The position numbers and the translations under genes were made by a program. Shown here in pieces: positions 12,301 through 25,720 of a DNA stretch of 64,000 nucleotides. The stretch comes from Eledone cirrhosa (lineage: Eukaryota): contig OZ024766.1 in the NCBI GenBank assembly GCA_964016885.1, positions 14,322,001-14,386,000 of the forward strand. Reading direction: 5' to 3'. The first letter of the stretch is position 1. The number at the start of each line of letters is the position of its first letter. The notes under the pieces were generated by a model. That model worked only from the letters and a program-made list of their open reading frames with translations. It searched no databases and was not told the origin of the DNA.

Positions 12301-15231
12301 TCCCTTCTTATCCCACGTATAGTGCGAAGGGAAATCGCAGTAGAGTTGCTTTTGATCCGGGTTCAAAGCATGTTCCCTATTATGCTTGAACCACTCAGTC
12401 AATTCCGTCTCAGGAGGTGGTGCGTTAGCAATTCTTTCGACACCTCTTCTAGTGTCCTTAAAACAGACCATTTGCCTATTCTCTAAGTGAACCGTCAGTT
12501 TCTGAACGCTGGGTTTGCATTCATTGAGATCAAAATCGAACAATCTCCAGCAAGCTTCGCTAGATCCAATCGAGCGAACATCCTGGAACCTGCCAACTTC
12601 ATCTCCTTGGTTCACTTCCTCATTCCTGACATTCATCATTGCCCCATCATGACCTTTGTAAACATATTTGAATAGATATTTGCAAGCTTTCACTGAGCTA
12701 CAAATTTCCACATTAATATGACAACGATATTTCATAATCAAATATGGATTGTATGGCACAACCCATTGATTTGTAACCTGTCGACCGTTTACATTTTCGA
12801 CCAAACCGCCATCGGCAGGCGACCGTCTTCTGTATGAGGGATGAGCATCCCCATCATTCCAGGAAGTGTTCGTGACAAAAGATTTCGGAAAGTGCTTACT
12901 GCATTGGCCATTTTTCATGCAAGACGCTTTCCAATTTGCCACTCCGCATTGGTTGTGCACCATTGACTTTGCCACCAAGTTGCATAGTGCCTCATTCTCC
13001 GGCAGTTCAGCACACACAATGCTGTCGACATCCTCAGCACATCTCAATTTGCAATGTCTATGTAAAATGATCAGCAAATGTGCATGTGGCAATCCTCTTT
13101 TTTGGAATTCAATTACGTATGTAAAAGCAACTATACCTCCAAAGATTCCCTCTTTTTCCACATCATCCATTATCTTTTTCAGATATCCTTTGAATACTCT
13201 TGCCACAATATCAGGACGGTCCTTTGGCTGTTGTCCTGGCAAAAGTGCATCCTTAATATCAGTCCATTCAGGATTGCATGTAACCGTTATAAATAAATCT
13301 GGCTTTCCAAACTTTCTGACAATAGCCATTGCATCCTGATAGCGAATGTTCATATATCTCGGGCCGCCGACGAACGACGATGGCAAAATGATGCGTCGAC
13401 CAATTTGCTTGTAATTGGCATCATCGGCTGTTATCGCATCCTGTATATTATTATACAATTCAGCTCTGATATGTTGCTGATGTGTAGCTATATAATTTAG
13501 CCTTTGATTTTCGATCTTTGCGTATGCCATACAACAGTATTCCTGGAACAATCTGCTGGCTTGAAATAGCGCATTTCTCTGTTGATTCCTCTCGTTCAAA
13601 TGGAACGCGTAAAAGTCGCAAATCGAATTATTGTGTCTATTGCCACCTCCCTGTTGATGCTGATTCTCATGATCATCTAAATGAACAGACATGTTCCATC
13701 CATTTTCACCTTTTGGGAATAAAAGAACATAATGCAATGGATGGTATGTCCTATTTGACTCATTGATAGTTTTGAGACCACCATCTCTGCGATTGAGGGC
13801 GATATCTCTCGATCCAGGCTTATCGTCCATCAACACAGCAACTTCACGAAATCCTTCAGGGGCATTATATCGCCGTTCGTGTTGATTCCTTGGCACTGCG
13901 TCAGCCTTAATCACCAATGTTTGTTGCTGAACATTTTGCAGTTCAGCCACCAACATGAAATCCATAACATAAGGATTACACTGTCTAAGCCATGATTGCA
14001 AATCACGGATCAAATCACTTAACCTTTGTCGTTCAAGTTCAGTTATATTTCCCGGCAACTTCATCCAACCGATCCTGATATCCTCCTCCGATTCACTATA
14101 ATTTGGATCGTTAATGTAAATTTGAGCGAATCAAGGCCTCTCTCCTGGGGTAACTTCTAAATTACCGATACAATGATACAAACGGCATTGAATGACAACA
14201 TTCGGTTGCCATGCTCCACTCTCAAACATCTCACTAACTCTCTGCGATGCTAAAGCTAATAAATTGTTAATTTGCCGCGAATATTTGCGCAGTAATCTAC
14301 CTCGGTCTCATTGATCACCCCACATACTTAGTATTTTAAACTCCGGTGACTCCCCATCATCCGGCATTCGCAAAGGTTCTAGTTGAACTGCTCCTTTGTG
14401 ACAGCACATTGTGGTCCACGTCTTTTCGTGCCACCAAAGCAATGCTCCACAATGTGGAGACCCTGCTCGTCCACCAATCTGACAGTGACACGGTTGCCAT
14501 GATCCATTTTTAATATCATTCGTTCGCCTCTTTACTGGAATGAGGAGCACTTTGCGACACATTCCCTGAACTTCTGTATTGCGCTGGCGCTGTTCAGCCA
14601 GCTCCTCTTCATCCATCGGAGCACGCCATTGCTGCTGAATTCTGGCCACCTGCTGATGATGCTCAGCCAGTTCGTTTTTCAACCATCGCAGCACTCCGTC
14701 GCCGCTGTAGTTCACTGTTTGATAAAGTCGAATTGCTTTTCTTATCAGTATTCATTTGGAGCAATTGTAAAAAAAAATGACACAATAATAAATATAAAAG
14801 ATGTCCGTCAATGTAAAGAAATGTCCCTATTTACTCCCTTCACAACTCTGTGTATGACAGACAGGCACACAGACAGATAAACTGCGCGGCGATTGTGGAA
14901 CGTCACACAAATACACGCATGGAAACGCGCACACGCACGCAAACTTACACACGCACACACTCACACATGTTGATAGTTTTTACTTTCTGTGGAACACTGC
15001 ACGCACGCACACACACATAAACATATGCGCACATACATACACACGCATACATGTTAATAGTTATTGAACACAGCGTTCACACTCTCCCCTCTCACTCCCT
15101 CATTGGCATTATGCATATTAATTTCAGTTTGGCGTCGTTGGGGTGGGCGGAGTCGTTTGAAACCTATGAACCAATGATAATCGAGAATTGTGACACACGG
15201 AATACTGACGTTCTTCAAATTAATATATAGA
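9397..15231 (-). mobile_element. Full-length (5.8 kb) decayed Helitron
   Basis: Minus-strand 5' A|TC at 15231; 3' hairpin ACCCGGGCGAAGCTGGGT followed by CTAG|T at 9397; internal Rep/helicase reading frames. Confidence 0.92.
10378..14715 (-). pseudogene. Helitron Rep-PIF1 helicase (RepHel), broken by stops and frameshifts; longest piece 11020-14064
   Basis: Rep motifs GKPDLFITVTCNPEW, VIEFQKRGLPHAH (HUH) and KYLFKYVYKG (Y2). Helicase motifs PGGTGKT, IIWDKAPM (Walker B E>K), GGDFRQVLP and QFPVNLAFSMTVNKAQGQT. Confidence 0.93.
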
Positions 15232-15979
15232 TATATATATATCATCATCATCATCATCATTTTACGTCCGCTTTTCTCTGCTTGCAAGCCATGTGCCTCT
15301 TCCTATATATACATATATACTATATACATATACACACATATACATATATATATGTATGTATATATATATATGTATATATAAATACGTACTTAATACATGC
15401 ATACATTTATTTTTTTTTAATTAATTGAGTTCTTAACACGCAGGATTAAAATTGTTTTTAAAAAAACTAATTAACCCACGTGTATATTATTTTACTTTCT
15501 TGTGTTTCGTGATTGCCTCCCTTTTCCGCTTCGTGACGCTGTGAAATTCCTCAGTCTAGGACTGCTGGAATTTCAAATTTGGCGGTCATTATGATGCGTG
15601 AAGGGACGACTTAGCTGACACAAAAATAACTGCGGTAAGAAATTTTTTCTTATATCAATGTTTGAAGGGCATCCACTGATGATTTATAAGGCCCACCTGC
15701 ATATGTTCTTACAGAAAAATATGTAGGCTTCTACATAAACCGGAAACATTCTCCCAACTTGTAGAAAACTTATAATGAAACAATTGTTTGGAAAGAGAGA
15801 TATATTTTAATTTTAATTATATCTCATATAAAATAATACAACTGGCTTTCCACAAAATACATATAGTTAGCACCCCAAACACAAAATTGGGATTATACTA
15901 AGGTATATCCTAATGTTTGTTGAGTGAGATGGTAGCCAGTCAGAGTTTAGCTTAAAGCTTTCTCTGTTATTGTATTAAA

Positions 15980-16010
<31 letters not shown>

Positions 16011-16028
16011 GTATCTCTATATATATAT

Positions 16029-18635
16029 CACCTTGACCGACCAGTCTGTCGGGCGTCCAATCGACGCCGCTGGTCACAGCACGCCGTCCATTCCTCTCTG
16101 GATTGTGCTTTCCTCATCCATGTAGTCCCAATCATATTCTTAAAATGATCTGCCACCTTCATGGAGGCCTTCCGAGTGGTCGCTTCCACTCGCACAGGTA
16201 CCACTCCGCAACTGCGCAGGTCCAGCGATTATCGGTGAACCGGGCGACGTGTCCAGCCCATCTGAACTTGCTGCGTATATATTGCGCGATGACGTCCCTC
16301 ACACCGGACTTCTGTCTGATGAATTTCGCTCCTGATGTGCTCTCTCAACGAGATTCCTGGCATTGATCTCTCCATGGCTCTTTGAGCCGTTACCAGCCTC
16401 TGCTCTTCTCTCTTCGTTGTAGCCCAAGTTTCACTGCCATATAACTTTGTAGGTAAAACTGTGCTATTGAAGAAGTTGGCTTGGGCGATCTTGTCTAACC
16501 TCCCCTTGAGCACATCCCTTATGCCGCTGAACGCCTTCCATCCGGCCTTTACTCTCTGCGAGATCAGCCTCTCAATGTCTCAGCGCATGTTCACTTCTTG
16601 TCCTAGGTAGACGTATTCCTCCACCTCCTTTATTTCGAAGGCCTTCTTGTAGTCTACGAACGCGACGCAAAGAGGCATCTTGTACTCTTTTGCTTGCTCA
16701 AGCAGTTGTGTCAGAGTAAATATGTGGTCCATCGTGCTGTAGTTCTTCTGGAAGCCGGCTTGCTCTTTCGGTTGCGGTTCGTCCAGATGATGTGATAACC
16801 TGTTCAGGATTATCTTCATGAACAGCTTGTACACGTGAGACAGCAGGAATATGGGTCAGTAGTTCTTCAGATCTTCTCTATCGCCCTTCTTTTATAGCAG
16901 GATGGTATTCGACTCTTTCCACTGCGAGGGTATTCTTCCCTCGTCCAGATCGTGTGTGAATCGCTCGGCGAGGATTTCCAGAGCTGCTCTCCGCCTGACT
17001 TCAACACCTCCGATGTTATTCCGTCTTTCCCTGGCGCCTTTCCGCTTTTCATTACACCGACGGCTCTTTCGACCTCACCGACAAGGATGGGTGGCACATT
17101 TTCTTCCTGTTGGAGTGACGGCAACGGCTGCACATTCCCGGCAGACTTGAAGAGCTTGGTGTAGAAGTCTTCGTAAATCTTTTCCATCTCATTCTTGTCG
17201 CTGACCGGTATTCCAGCTGTGTTCTTCAGGGTCGTCACCTTCGATCTGTACATTGCCATGTCCGTCTCGCATTTCTTGAGGCTCTTCTTTTCCTCTGCGG
17301 CCTTCAGGAGCTTCCCCATCCGGTATGCCTCGAAGTCTCTCTTCAGTTGACGTATCACTCTGCTGAGAAGGGAATATTCGAGGTGATTTTCAGGTGTCCT
17401 CTTCATAATCTTCCTCTTCTCAAGCAACTTCATAGTTTCCTCCCAGACTCTTCCCTTCCGCTCCTTCGGGAACACACCCTTAGCCTTCCTCAAGCACTCC
17501 TTCAGTTTCCTTACCAGTGAGTCGTAGTCAGCGTCTATGCCGTCTCCTTTACACCACTTTTCCTGCATGATGGCTTCCTGCTGCTGCGCCTCGTTGAAGA
17601 CCCAGACGCATTCTCCCTTTGCCGCCAAATGCAGCGCCTTCTTCTCCCTCGTCCGATCGATGACGACCTTCGCCCTCACCAGACGATGATCACTGCCAGT
17701 GTTAAATGGCGTTATGACGGAGACGTCCTGCAGTATACGTGGCTTGTCGACCAGGATGTAGTCGATCTCGTTTCCGTGCTCAGAATTTAGCGATACCCAG
17801 GTCCATCTTTTCTCCTCCTTCTTCCTGAATAGGCTGTTTCCGATGTAGAGCCGTCTCATCTCCGCCATGGTGACCAGACACTCTCCTCTTTCATTTCGAT
17901 ATCCCAGGCCGAATTTTCCTACATACTCTTCCCCTTGCCGTCCCTGTCCGACCTTTGCGTTGAAGTCTCACATCACGACGGTGTAAGTGGACTTCACAGT
18001 TAGCACTTTGTCTAGCTGGCGATAGAATTCTTCCACTTCCTCGTCGTCGCTGGCATTTGTGGGAGCGTAGGTCTGGATGATCTTGAGGGTGGCCTTCCCT
18101 GAGAGGTTTACGTTCAGTACACCAATCCGTGACGATATGAACTGGCAAGAAGCGACCTTCGAAGCCCATTCCTTGCTTACGATAAACCCTATACCAATCT
18201 GGCATCCTCTGCTTTCCCGAGTCTCACGGCGCATCCATCTTGCCATCGGGAATTCTCCTCCTTCTTCTGGCGGGTCTCGCACAGCCCTAACACGTCCCAC
18301 CTGATCTTCTTCTTCTCCTCCATTAGGTGGTTCAGTCCTTGCCCCCCTGCCAAAGACCTGCAGTTGTATGTGCATATGGCAAGGTTAGTCCTGTTCCATG
18401 GCGGCCTTCGGGAACCTGTGATTTTTAGCAGCCTCTCGTCGCTCGGGTCGCACTCCGCCGTCATGGAGCAGCCCGATTGACTCGCAGGGTACTGAGGCCC
18501 TTTTCTTCGTGCTGTTTTAACCATAAGATGACGCCATCCCATTGGCTGGGCGGGCAGGCCGGTACCTCTTCAGTTTAGCTAGCTTTTGAACTCTAGAAGA
18601 TGATGAATCATCTCTAGGACCCAATTCGGGTCAAA
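16029..18635 (-). mobile_element. RTE-clade LINE, decayed, with an internal deletion in the RT domain
   Basis: APE motifs TYNCRSL, LGLCET, IIQTYAPT and EIDYIL. RT motifs KAPGKDGI, EQAGFQKNYST and AFVDYKKAF, which is joined directly to EEYVYLGQ at ~16635 so YADD is missing. C-terminal YGSETW. Confidence 0.9.
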
Positions 18636-18646
18636 CAAATAAAAAA

Positions 18647-18677
<31 letters not shown>

Positions 18678-18679
18678 CA

Positions 18680-18817
18680 TATACTTGGGGAGGTTCATAT
18701 TGTTGTAATAATATTGCCAGAAATAATAACAGAACACACTCACTGTTTGGTTGGTTTTCGCTTCTGTATCTTTTATATCTCCATAGTTAATTTATTTGGC
18801 AATCAAAGAACTTTGTT

Positions 18818-18914
<97 letters not shown>

Positions 18915-19059
18915 CTGTATATTTAACCATTGGTCAATCAATGCCAAATAAATTAACTATGGAGATATAAAAGATACAGAAGCGAAAACCAACCAAACAG
19001 TGAGTGTGTTCTGTTATTTCTGGCAACATTATTACAACAATATGACCCACTCCAAGTAT

Positions 19060-19060
<1 letters not shown>
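18680..19060. mobile_element. Foldback/MITE-like element with ~120-bp inverted arms around a (TA)n spacer
   Basis: 18683-18801 is the reverse complement of 18942-19058; embedded in TA microsatellite. Confidence 0.7.
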
Positions 19061-19112
<52 letters not shown>

Positions 19113-19120
19113 TATACATA

Positions 19121-19187
<67 letters not shown>

Positions 19188-19191
19188 ATAC

Positions 19192-19239
<48 letters not shown>

Positions 19240-19244
19240 ATACA

Positions 19245-19384
<140 letters not shown>

Positions 19385-19391
19385 CATATAT

Positions 19392-22300
19392 ATCATCATC
19401 ATCATCATCGTTTAACGTCCGTGTTCCATGCTTGCATGGGTTTGGACGGGAGTTTTCCCACTTGAGGCAAGAGTGGTTGTCTTGCTCGCATAGGACTGTC
19501 TGGCGGGTTTTCTACAGCTGGATGCCCTTCCTAACACCAACCACATTTACAGTGTGGACTGGGAGGTTTTTACCGTGTTGCCTACACGGTCACATTACAG
19601 CGTGGACTGTGTGTTTTTTTTGTCGTGACACCTACACGACCTCATTTGTTTCGGCCTGGATTTTGTGGCACCAACATAACTTTACATTGAAAGGGGCGGT
19701 GTGGATGGGGTGGTGGTGGTGGGACGGGGGTGTATTTTGTTAGAGATGCCTACTGACTGTAGTAGGTTTTACTTTGTATTTAGGTAACGCGGGTCTTCTC
19801 TATTACTGAGTACCGCCAAAGCTCTCGGTCCAGTGACATTGTCTTGGAGAGGTGTAAGTGTGTGAGGTCGGAATTTATCAGCTCGTCCCAGGTTTTTCTG
19901 GGTCTGCCTACTCCGTGGCTACCGTCTATTTTTATTGCCCTGCACTTTGCTATACAGCTGTCGTCTTTCATGCGCATCACGCGACCATACCAACGTAGCC
20001 TTCTCTCGAGTAAACAACATCTGATCCCTCTTATTTCTAATTTTTTCCTTAGTTGGTTTATGCTTTGCCGTTCGCGTATATTACTATTACACATCCAGCG
20101 GAGCATGCAAGCTTCGTTCCTCTCTAGTCTGCGTATATCCTCTGCACACAATGCCCAGGTCTCACTGCCATGCAACATTGCTGTTCGTATGCAGGCATCA
20201 TACAACCTGCCTTTCATTTTTTGGGAGAACCCTTTAGCGGCTAATAGTGGTATAAGCTCTCTGAACTTTTTCCATCCAGTTCGGACTCTAGCTACTGTAC
20301 TTTCAGAGCACCCTCCCCCACTGCTGATTTTGTCACCCAGGTAACGGAAGCTGTCCACTATTTCTATAGAATCTTCTGCGCAGTTGAAAGAGCTAGTATT
20401 TTGTGGGCACTTGCTGTTACTTATTGCACCAGAGCACCGGCCACATGTAAAATCTGTGTTCTTCGTTAGCTTACCTGTGATCCCACTACATCTTTTATGC
20501 ACCCATACTTAGCATTTGGGACATAAAATGGAGTTTCTACCTACGCCTTTTCTACACACTGAGCATGGCCATTTCCCGGAAGGGACTGGCGCCTTATTTT
20601 CTTTCCTACAAACTAGAACTTTAGTCTTAGCCATGTTAATTTTAAGGCCTTTTGATTCTAGGCCGTGCTTCCATGTTTGGAATTTCTTCTCTAGCTCGGC
20701 CATTGATTCAGCTATGAGCGTTAGGTCATCTGCGTATAGGAGTTCCCATGGGCAGCCGGTCTTGAACTCCTCTGTTATAGCCTGAAGAGCAATAATGAAT
20801 AGTAGGGGGCTAAGAACAGAGCCCTGATGGACACCAACTTTTACGCTAAACTCTTCACTATATTCGTTGTTAATTCTAACCTTGCTGACTGTTTCTTTAT
20901 ACATGGCTTATATAGCTCTCACGAGCCATTCGTCAACACCTAGTTTTCTAAGAGCCCACCATATAATGGAACGGGGGACTCTGTCGAAGGCTTTCTCCAA
21001 GTCGACAAAGGCTAAGTATAGGGGTTTACTTTTAGCTAGGTACTTCTCCTGTAGTTGTCGTACAATGAAAAGAGCGTCTGTGGTACTTTTGCCTGACATA
21101 AACCCGAACTGCATTTCATCTAGATCGATTCTCTCTCTCATTAGTTGCGCTATTACTTTTTCCGTGACCTTCATGACCTGGTCGATTAATTTAATGCCTC
21201 TATAATTACCCCTATCTAGGGCGTCTCCTTTACCCTTGTAACAGTTAATGATGATGCTGCTACGCCAGTCCTTCGGAACAACCCCATTCTGTATGACTTG
21301 GTTTACTATCCGGGTGACCATGGTGTGTCCCACCGTTCTAGAGGCCTTCAGCATCTCAGCAACTATTTCCGAAGGCCCAGCCGCCTTACCCGTCTTCATA
21401 TCTTTGCTTGCCTTACTTATTATACTACCTTCAACTAACACTGCTGGTCCCTCTATTGGATCGGTCTGGGGGAAACTATCCTTCTCCCATTTATTCTCCT
21501 CATTTAGTAGCCTCTCGTAGTGACACTTCCAAGCGACCTTCTTATCAGCGTCAGTGATGGCGAGTATGCCATCATCATTTAGTACACACTTCTCCCCAAC
21601 AATAAAACGGTTTTCCTTGACACATTGCCTAGCAATCCTGAACACCTCACGTTTTTGGTCCTCGCGTTGTAGAACATGCTTGAACTTTCTTTCCTCTGCT
21701 TCCCTTCTTGCGAAGTACACTTGTCTCCTAGCTTCCCTCCTGGCCACTTGATAGTCTTCTCTACTTCCCCCATCCCGCCATATTTTCCAAGCCTGCTTTT
21801 TGGCCTTAATTGACTCCTCCACCTTACTGTTCCACCACCATGTTACTCTCCTCCTGCCTATAGGCCTGTTCCGGCCACAGACTTCATCTGCCGCCAGCAG
21901 CAGGTTTGCTTTCAGGAATTCCCACTGTTCCTCTATATTGTCCGACTCTAAATGTTCTTCCTTACTGTCGAAAGCATCAAGTAATATGCTTTGAAATTTA
22001 TTTCTGGCTGTGGGGTCCTTTAGCTTCCATATTTTTCTCTTGAGGATAGTCCTCTTCTGCTGTCGAGTACGTCTCGTCCTGACTATGAGGTCGCTAATTA
22101 TCAGTCTACGTTGGGAGGTGCATTCTTCATGGGGGAGGGATTTAGTGTTTACAACAGTCACTCTGTCACGTCTTCTGGTAAGGATATAATCTACCTGGCT
22201 TGTGTGTTCCCCGGATCTATAGCTGATCAGGTGATTGTCTCGTTTTTTGAAGTTAGTGTTACAGATTGTTAGGTTATTTGCGTCACAGAATTCCAGGATT

Positions 22301-22815
22301 CTGGAACCTTCCTCATTTCTAGTACCAAACTCATAGCCTCCATGGATTTCATCATAGCCGTCACAATGTTGTCAAACGTGACCATTTAGGTCGCCAGCAA
22401 TAATTATATAGTCACTGTCGGTTATTTGGGAGGTAGTGAGCATCAGTGTCTCATAGAAAGTGTCCTTTATAGCGCCAGGCAGTCCGGATTGGGGCGCGTA
22501 CGCAGATATTATCGTCACAGTAGTTCTATTTAGAACAAGTCTTATTTTAATTATTCTGTCATTCACTCTATTTACGTCTATTATCTTATCCACCCATTTT
22601 TCTGCTAACATGATTCCTACCCCACCTAGCCCATTGTCATTTCCCACCCAGAAAAGCTTATAGCATCGTTTTTTACCCACAATGAATCTAGCAGACCCGC
22701 CCCTCCACCTGGTCTCTTGGATGCAGCAGACATCAACCTCCTTACGTTCAAGCATTTCTACAACCTCGTTTGAGAGGCCTTTTAAGGTCCCTACATTCAT
22801 GGTACCTACATTCAT
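19392..22815 (-). mobile_element. RTE-class (RTE-X-like) LINE with APE, RT and a PHD-like Zn finger, decayed
   Basis: APE motifs VGTMNVGTL, CCIQETRW, ISAYAPQ and AGDLNGHV. RT motifs DEMQFGF, AFVDLEKAFDRVP, VHQGSVLSP and LLYADD. Also CSVC..CPKC..HKRC..CGRC and a (GAT)n tail. Stops at ~20509 and ~20908. Confidence 0.9.
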
Positions 22816-22816
22816 G

Positions 22817-22851
<35 letters not shown>

Positions 22852-22852
22852 C

Positions 22853-22900
<48 letters not shown>

Positions 22901-23956
22901 GAGGGTGTTAAAGTTTGCTTGAAGCATTGTGAAATGTGTAAAATACGTATTTAAGAAAGCCACAACAATGCAGAGGGAAATCTCGAGGTAGGAAGTGAAA
23001 GATAAATAGGAAAAACAGGTGAAAGTGAAAATTGAGAGAGACAAAGATGAAAACAAAACAAAGGTAGAAGGGTTACCGTAGTAGAGATTTAATCCCAATA
23101 TTTCGGACTCACGCCCATCAACGGGGGAAAGTTCCAAAAGGGGGGGGGGGGAAACAGGCCAAGCGGAGAAAGTTGTGATGTCGTTAAGACAGGAATGCCG
23201 TTATGGGGAGAAAATTATTTAAAATTTAAACGAGGGAAAGAATGCGCGTGCGCGTGATAGGCTGTGGCAAAAGCTACTGACCAAATGGGTTAAATCAAGA
23301 GGGTGCGCTAGCGTGTGAAAGCCGTAAGATATGTGTGTGTAAATATATATGTGTGTGTAACTGTGTGTGTATAAGTGTAAGTGTGTATATGTGTGAGTAT
23401 GTGTGTGTGTGAAAGATAGTGGGCTGTAGAAGTTGGAAATCAAAGGGTGTGAAAGGTGGTAAGTTGTAAAATATGTGTGCGTGTATAAATATAGATGTGT
23501 GTGTGTAAGCGTATGGGTATACATGTGTGTGTAACTGTGTGTGTATATGTGTGAGTGCATTTGTGTGTGAAAGATAGTGGGCTGTAGAAGCTGGAAATCA
23601 AAGGGTGTGAAAGGTGGTAGGTTGTAAAAACATGTGTGCGTGTATAAATATAGATGTGTGTGTGTGTGCGTATGGGTATGCATATACGTGCGTGTGTGTG
23701 AAGATAGCAGGCCGTAGGCTGTGAATGGTCACTATGGTTAAGTTAGCCATGTCAGCTCATTTCTCTCAGCCCGGTTGAATTCTGTGTCATCTCGAGAGAG
23801 ACCTACAACAACTTAGCTCTCCAACATCTTAATGACCACAGCCTCTACTCGAAAGTCACAGGGACCTCCTCGACTCTAATCGAGGAAGGCATTAACACCA
23901 TATGGACTAACATCTGTGTCCAACGAAAACTGCCAAAGAAGGTAAAAAACAACTTA

Positions 23957-25429
23957 ATGACTCTAAACAGCAAATTACCCACCTTCTACCACCTGGTCAA
24001 AACACATAAACAAGGACCCGATTTGAAAATCAGGCCCATTGTCTCTAGCGTGGAGGGCCCACTCTACAAAATATCGTGGCTGCTCTCCACACTACTGAAA
24101 CCTATTCTACACACACTACCAGCCCACGTCTGCAGCTCAAAGGAAGTCTTGGAGCGACTACACCATCTGGCGCCCAACACCAGAAAGGACAACGGTTATG
24201 CCTTCAGTCTTGATGTGGTCGCCCTTTATACCTCCGTACCAGCATCCCCAGCTGTCGACCTGTTGACCGAACGAGTCCGAGCATCTAACTTACACTGCTT
24301 CGGACTCACACACACGGACATCCACCAACTCCTCTCCTTCGTTGTGGATAATGCACTCTTCAATTTCCTCGGCCACACGTACAAACAAATCTCTGGGCTA
24401 CCTATGGGCTCTAGTCTGTCCGGCATACTTGCGATCTCGTACATGGACCACCTGGAACGCAAGGCACTCAATACCTGCCAACCCAACGCCGTCGCCTTCT
24501 ACTCCAGATACGTTGATGATATCCTGATACTTACTTCTTCCCGTGAGATGGCGAATGAAATTCACCAAATCTTCAACGATACTGACCATCACATCGATTT
24601 CACCATCGAACACCCAGGAGAAGACGGGTCACTCGCCCTCCTCGACTTCCGTATCAACATCTCGGAAGAAGGAGACATAAACACCACCTTCTACCGCAAA
24701 GCAGCGTGCAAGGACTTATTTGTGCATTATAACTCAGCCCTCCCCAACAACGCTAAGAGAGGCTATGTCCTAAATGAACTGACACGGATCACTAATAGAT
24801 GCAGCGACCCGATGGGTGGTCTCACCCATACCACGCAATTCCGTAATCTACTCAGATCTAATGGTTATCCCAAGCGACTGATTAACGGAATTAGAGACCC
24901 CAGACCCAATAGACAGACACCCACTAGAAAACTTAATAATAGCAGGTGCTTCTTTAAAATCCCCCACCTGAGTGAATATACCACGAACGCCATCCGCAGG
25001 GCCATACGGACGGAGGGACTTGACATACATTTGGCCCACACAGGACCTTCGCTGCGAAGATGCCTCTCCAACAAACCCGACGAGTCAGATGGGACGTGTT
25101 CCCTCAGCAACTGCCCGATACGGGGGGCAGATTGCCTACGCACCTATGTCGTATATAAGATTCAATGCGATAAATGTAACAAGTTTTACATAGGTAGCAC
25201 CATCCGACCCCTACATGTTCGTATCAAGGAACATATCAACACCAACGCATCTTCCTTCCGTAAACACATCCTTAAATGCGGAAACCCACAGGGTAGACCC
25301 TTGGTCACAGTCCTAGCGACTGAACGCAGCATCGGATCCTTAAGGATAAAGGAAGCACTTGTTATTAAGAACCTCAGACCCCCACTTAACAACCGGGCTG
25401 AGAGAAATGAGCTGACATGGCTAACTTAA
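23957..25429 (+). CDS. Penelope-like reverse transcriptase plus GIY-YIG endonuclease, 5'-truncated, 490 aa open
   Basis: RT motifs IRPIVS, SLDVVALYTSVP, GLPMGSSLS and YSRYVDD; GIY-YIG region VVYKIQCDKCNKFYIGSTIRPLHVRIKEH and LRIKEAL..KNLRPPLN. Confidence 0.9.
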   Translation: MTLNSKLPTFYHLVKTHKQGPDLKIRPIVSSVEGPLYKISWLLSTLLKPILHTLPAHVCSSKEVLERLHHLAPNTRKDNGYAFSLDVVALYTSVPASPAVDLLTERVRASNLHCFGLTHTDIHQLLSFVVDNALFNFLGHTYKQISGLPMGSSLSGILAISYMDHLERKALNTCQPNAVAFYSRYVDDILILTSSREMANEIHQIFNDTDHHIDFTIEHPGEDGSLALLDFRINISEEGDINTTFYRKAACKDLFVHYNSALPNNAKRGYVLNELTRITNRCSDPMGGLTHTTQFRNLLRSNGYPKRLINGIRDPRPNRQTPTRKLNNSRCFFKIPHLSEYTTNAIRRAIRTEGLDIHLAHTGPSLRRCLSNKPDESDGTCSLSNCPIRGADCLRTYVVYKIQCDKCNKFYIGSTIRPLHVRIKEHINTNASSFRKHILKCGNPQGRPLVTVLATERSIGSLRIKEALVIKNLRPPLNNRAERNELTWLT

Positions 25430-25720
25430 CCATAGTGACCATTCACAGCCTACGGCCTGCTATCTTCACACACACGCACGTATATGCATACCCATATGCA
25501 TACACACACACATCTATATTTATACACGCACACATGTTTTTACAACCTACCACCTTTCACACCCTTTGATTTCCAGCTTCTACAGCCCACTATCTTTCAC
25601 ACACAAACGCACTCACACATATACACACACAGTTACACACACATGTATACCCATACGCTTACACACACACATCTATATTTATACACGCACACATATTTTA
25701 CAACCTACCACCTTTCACAC

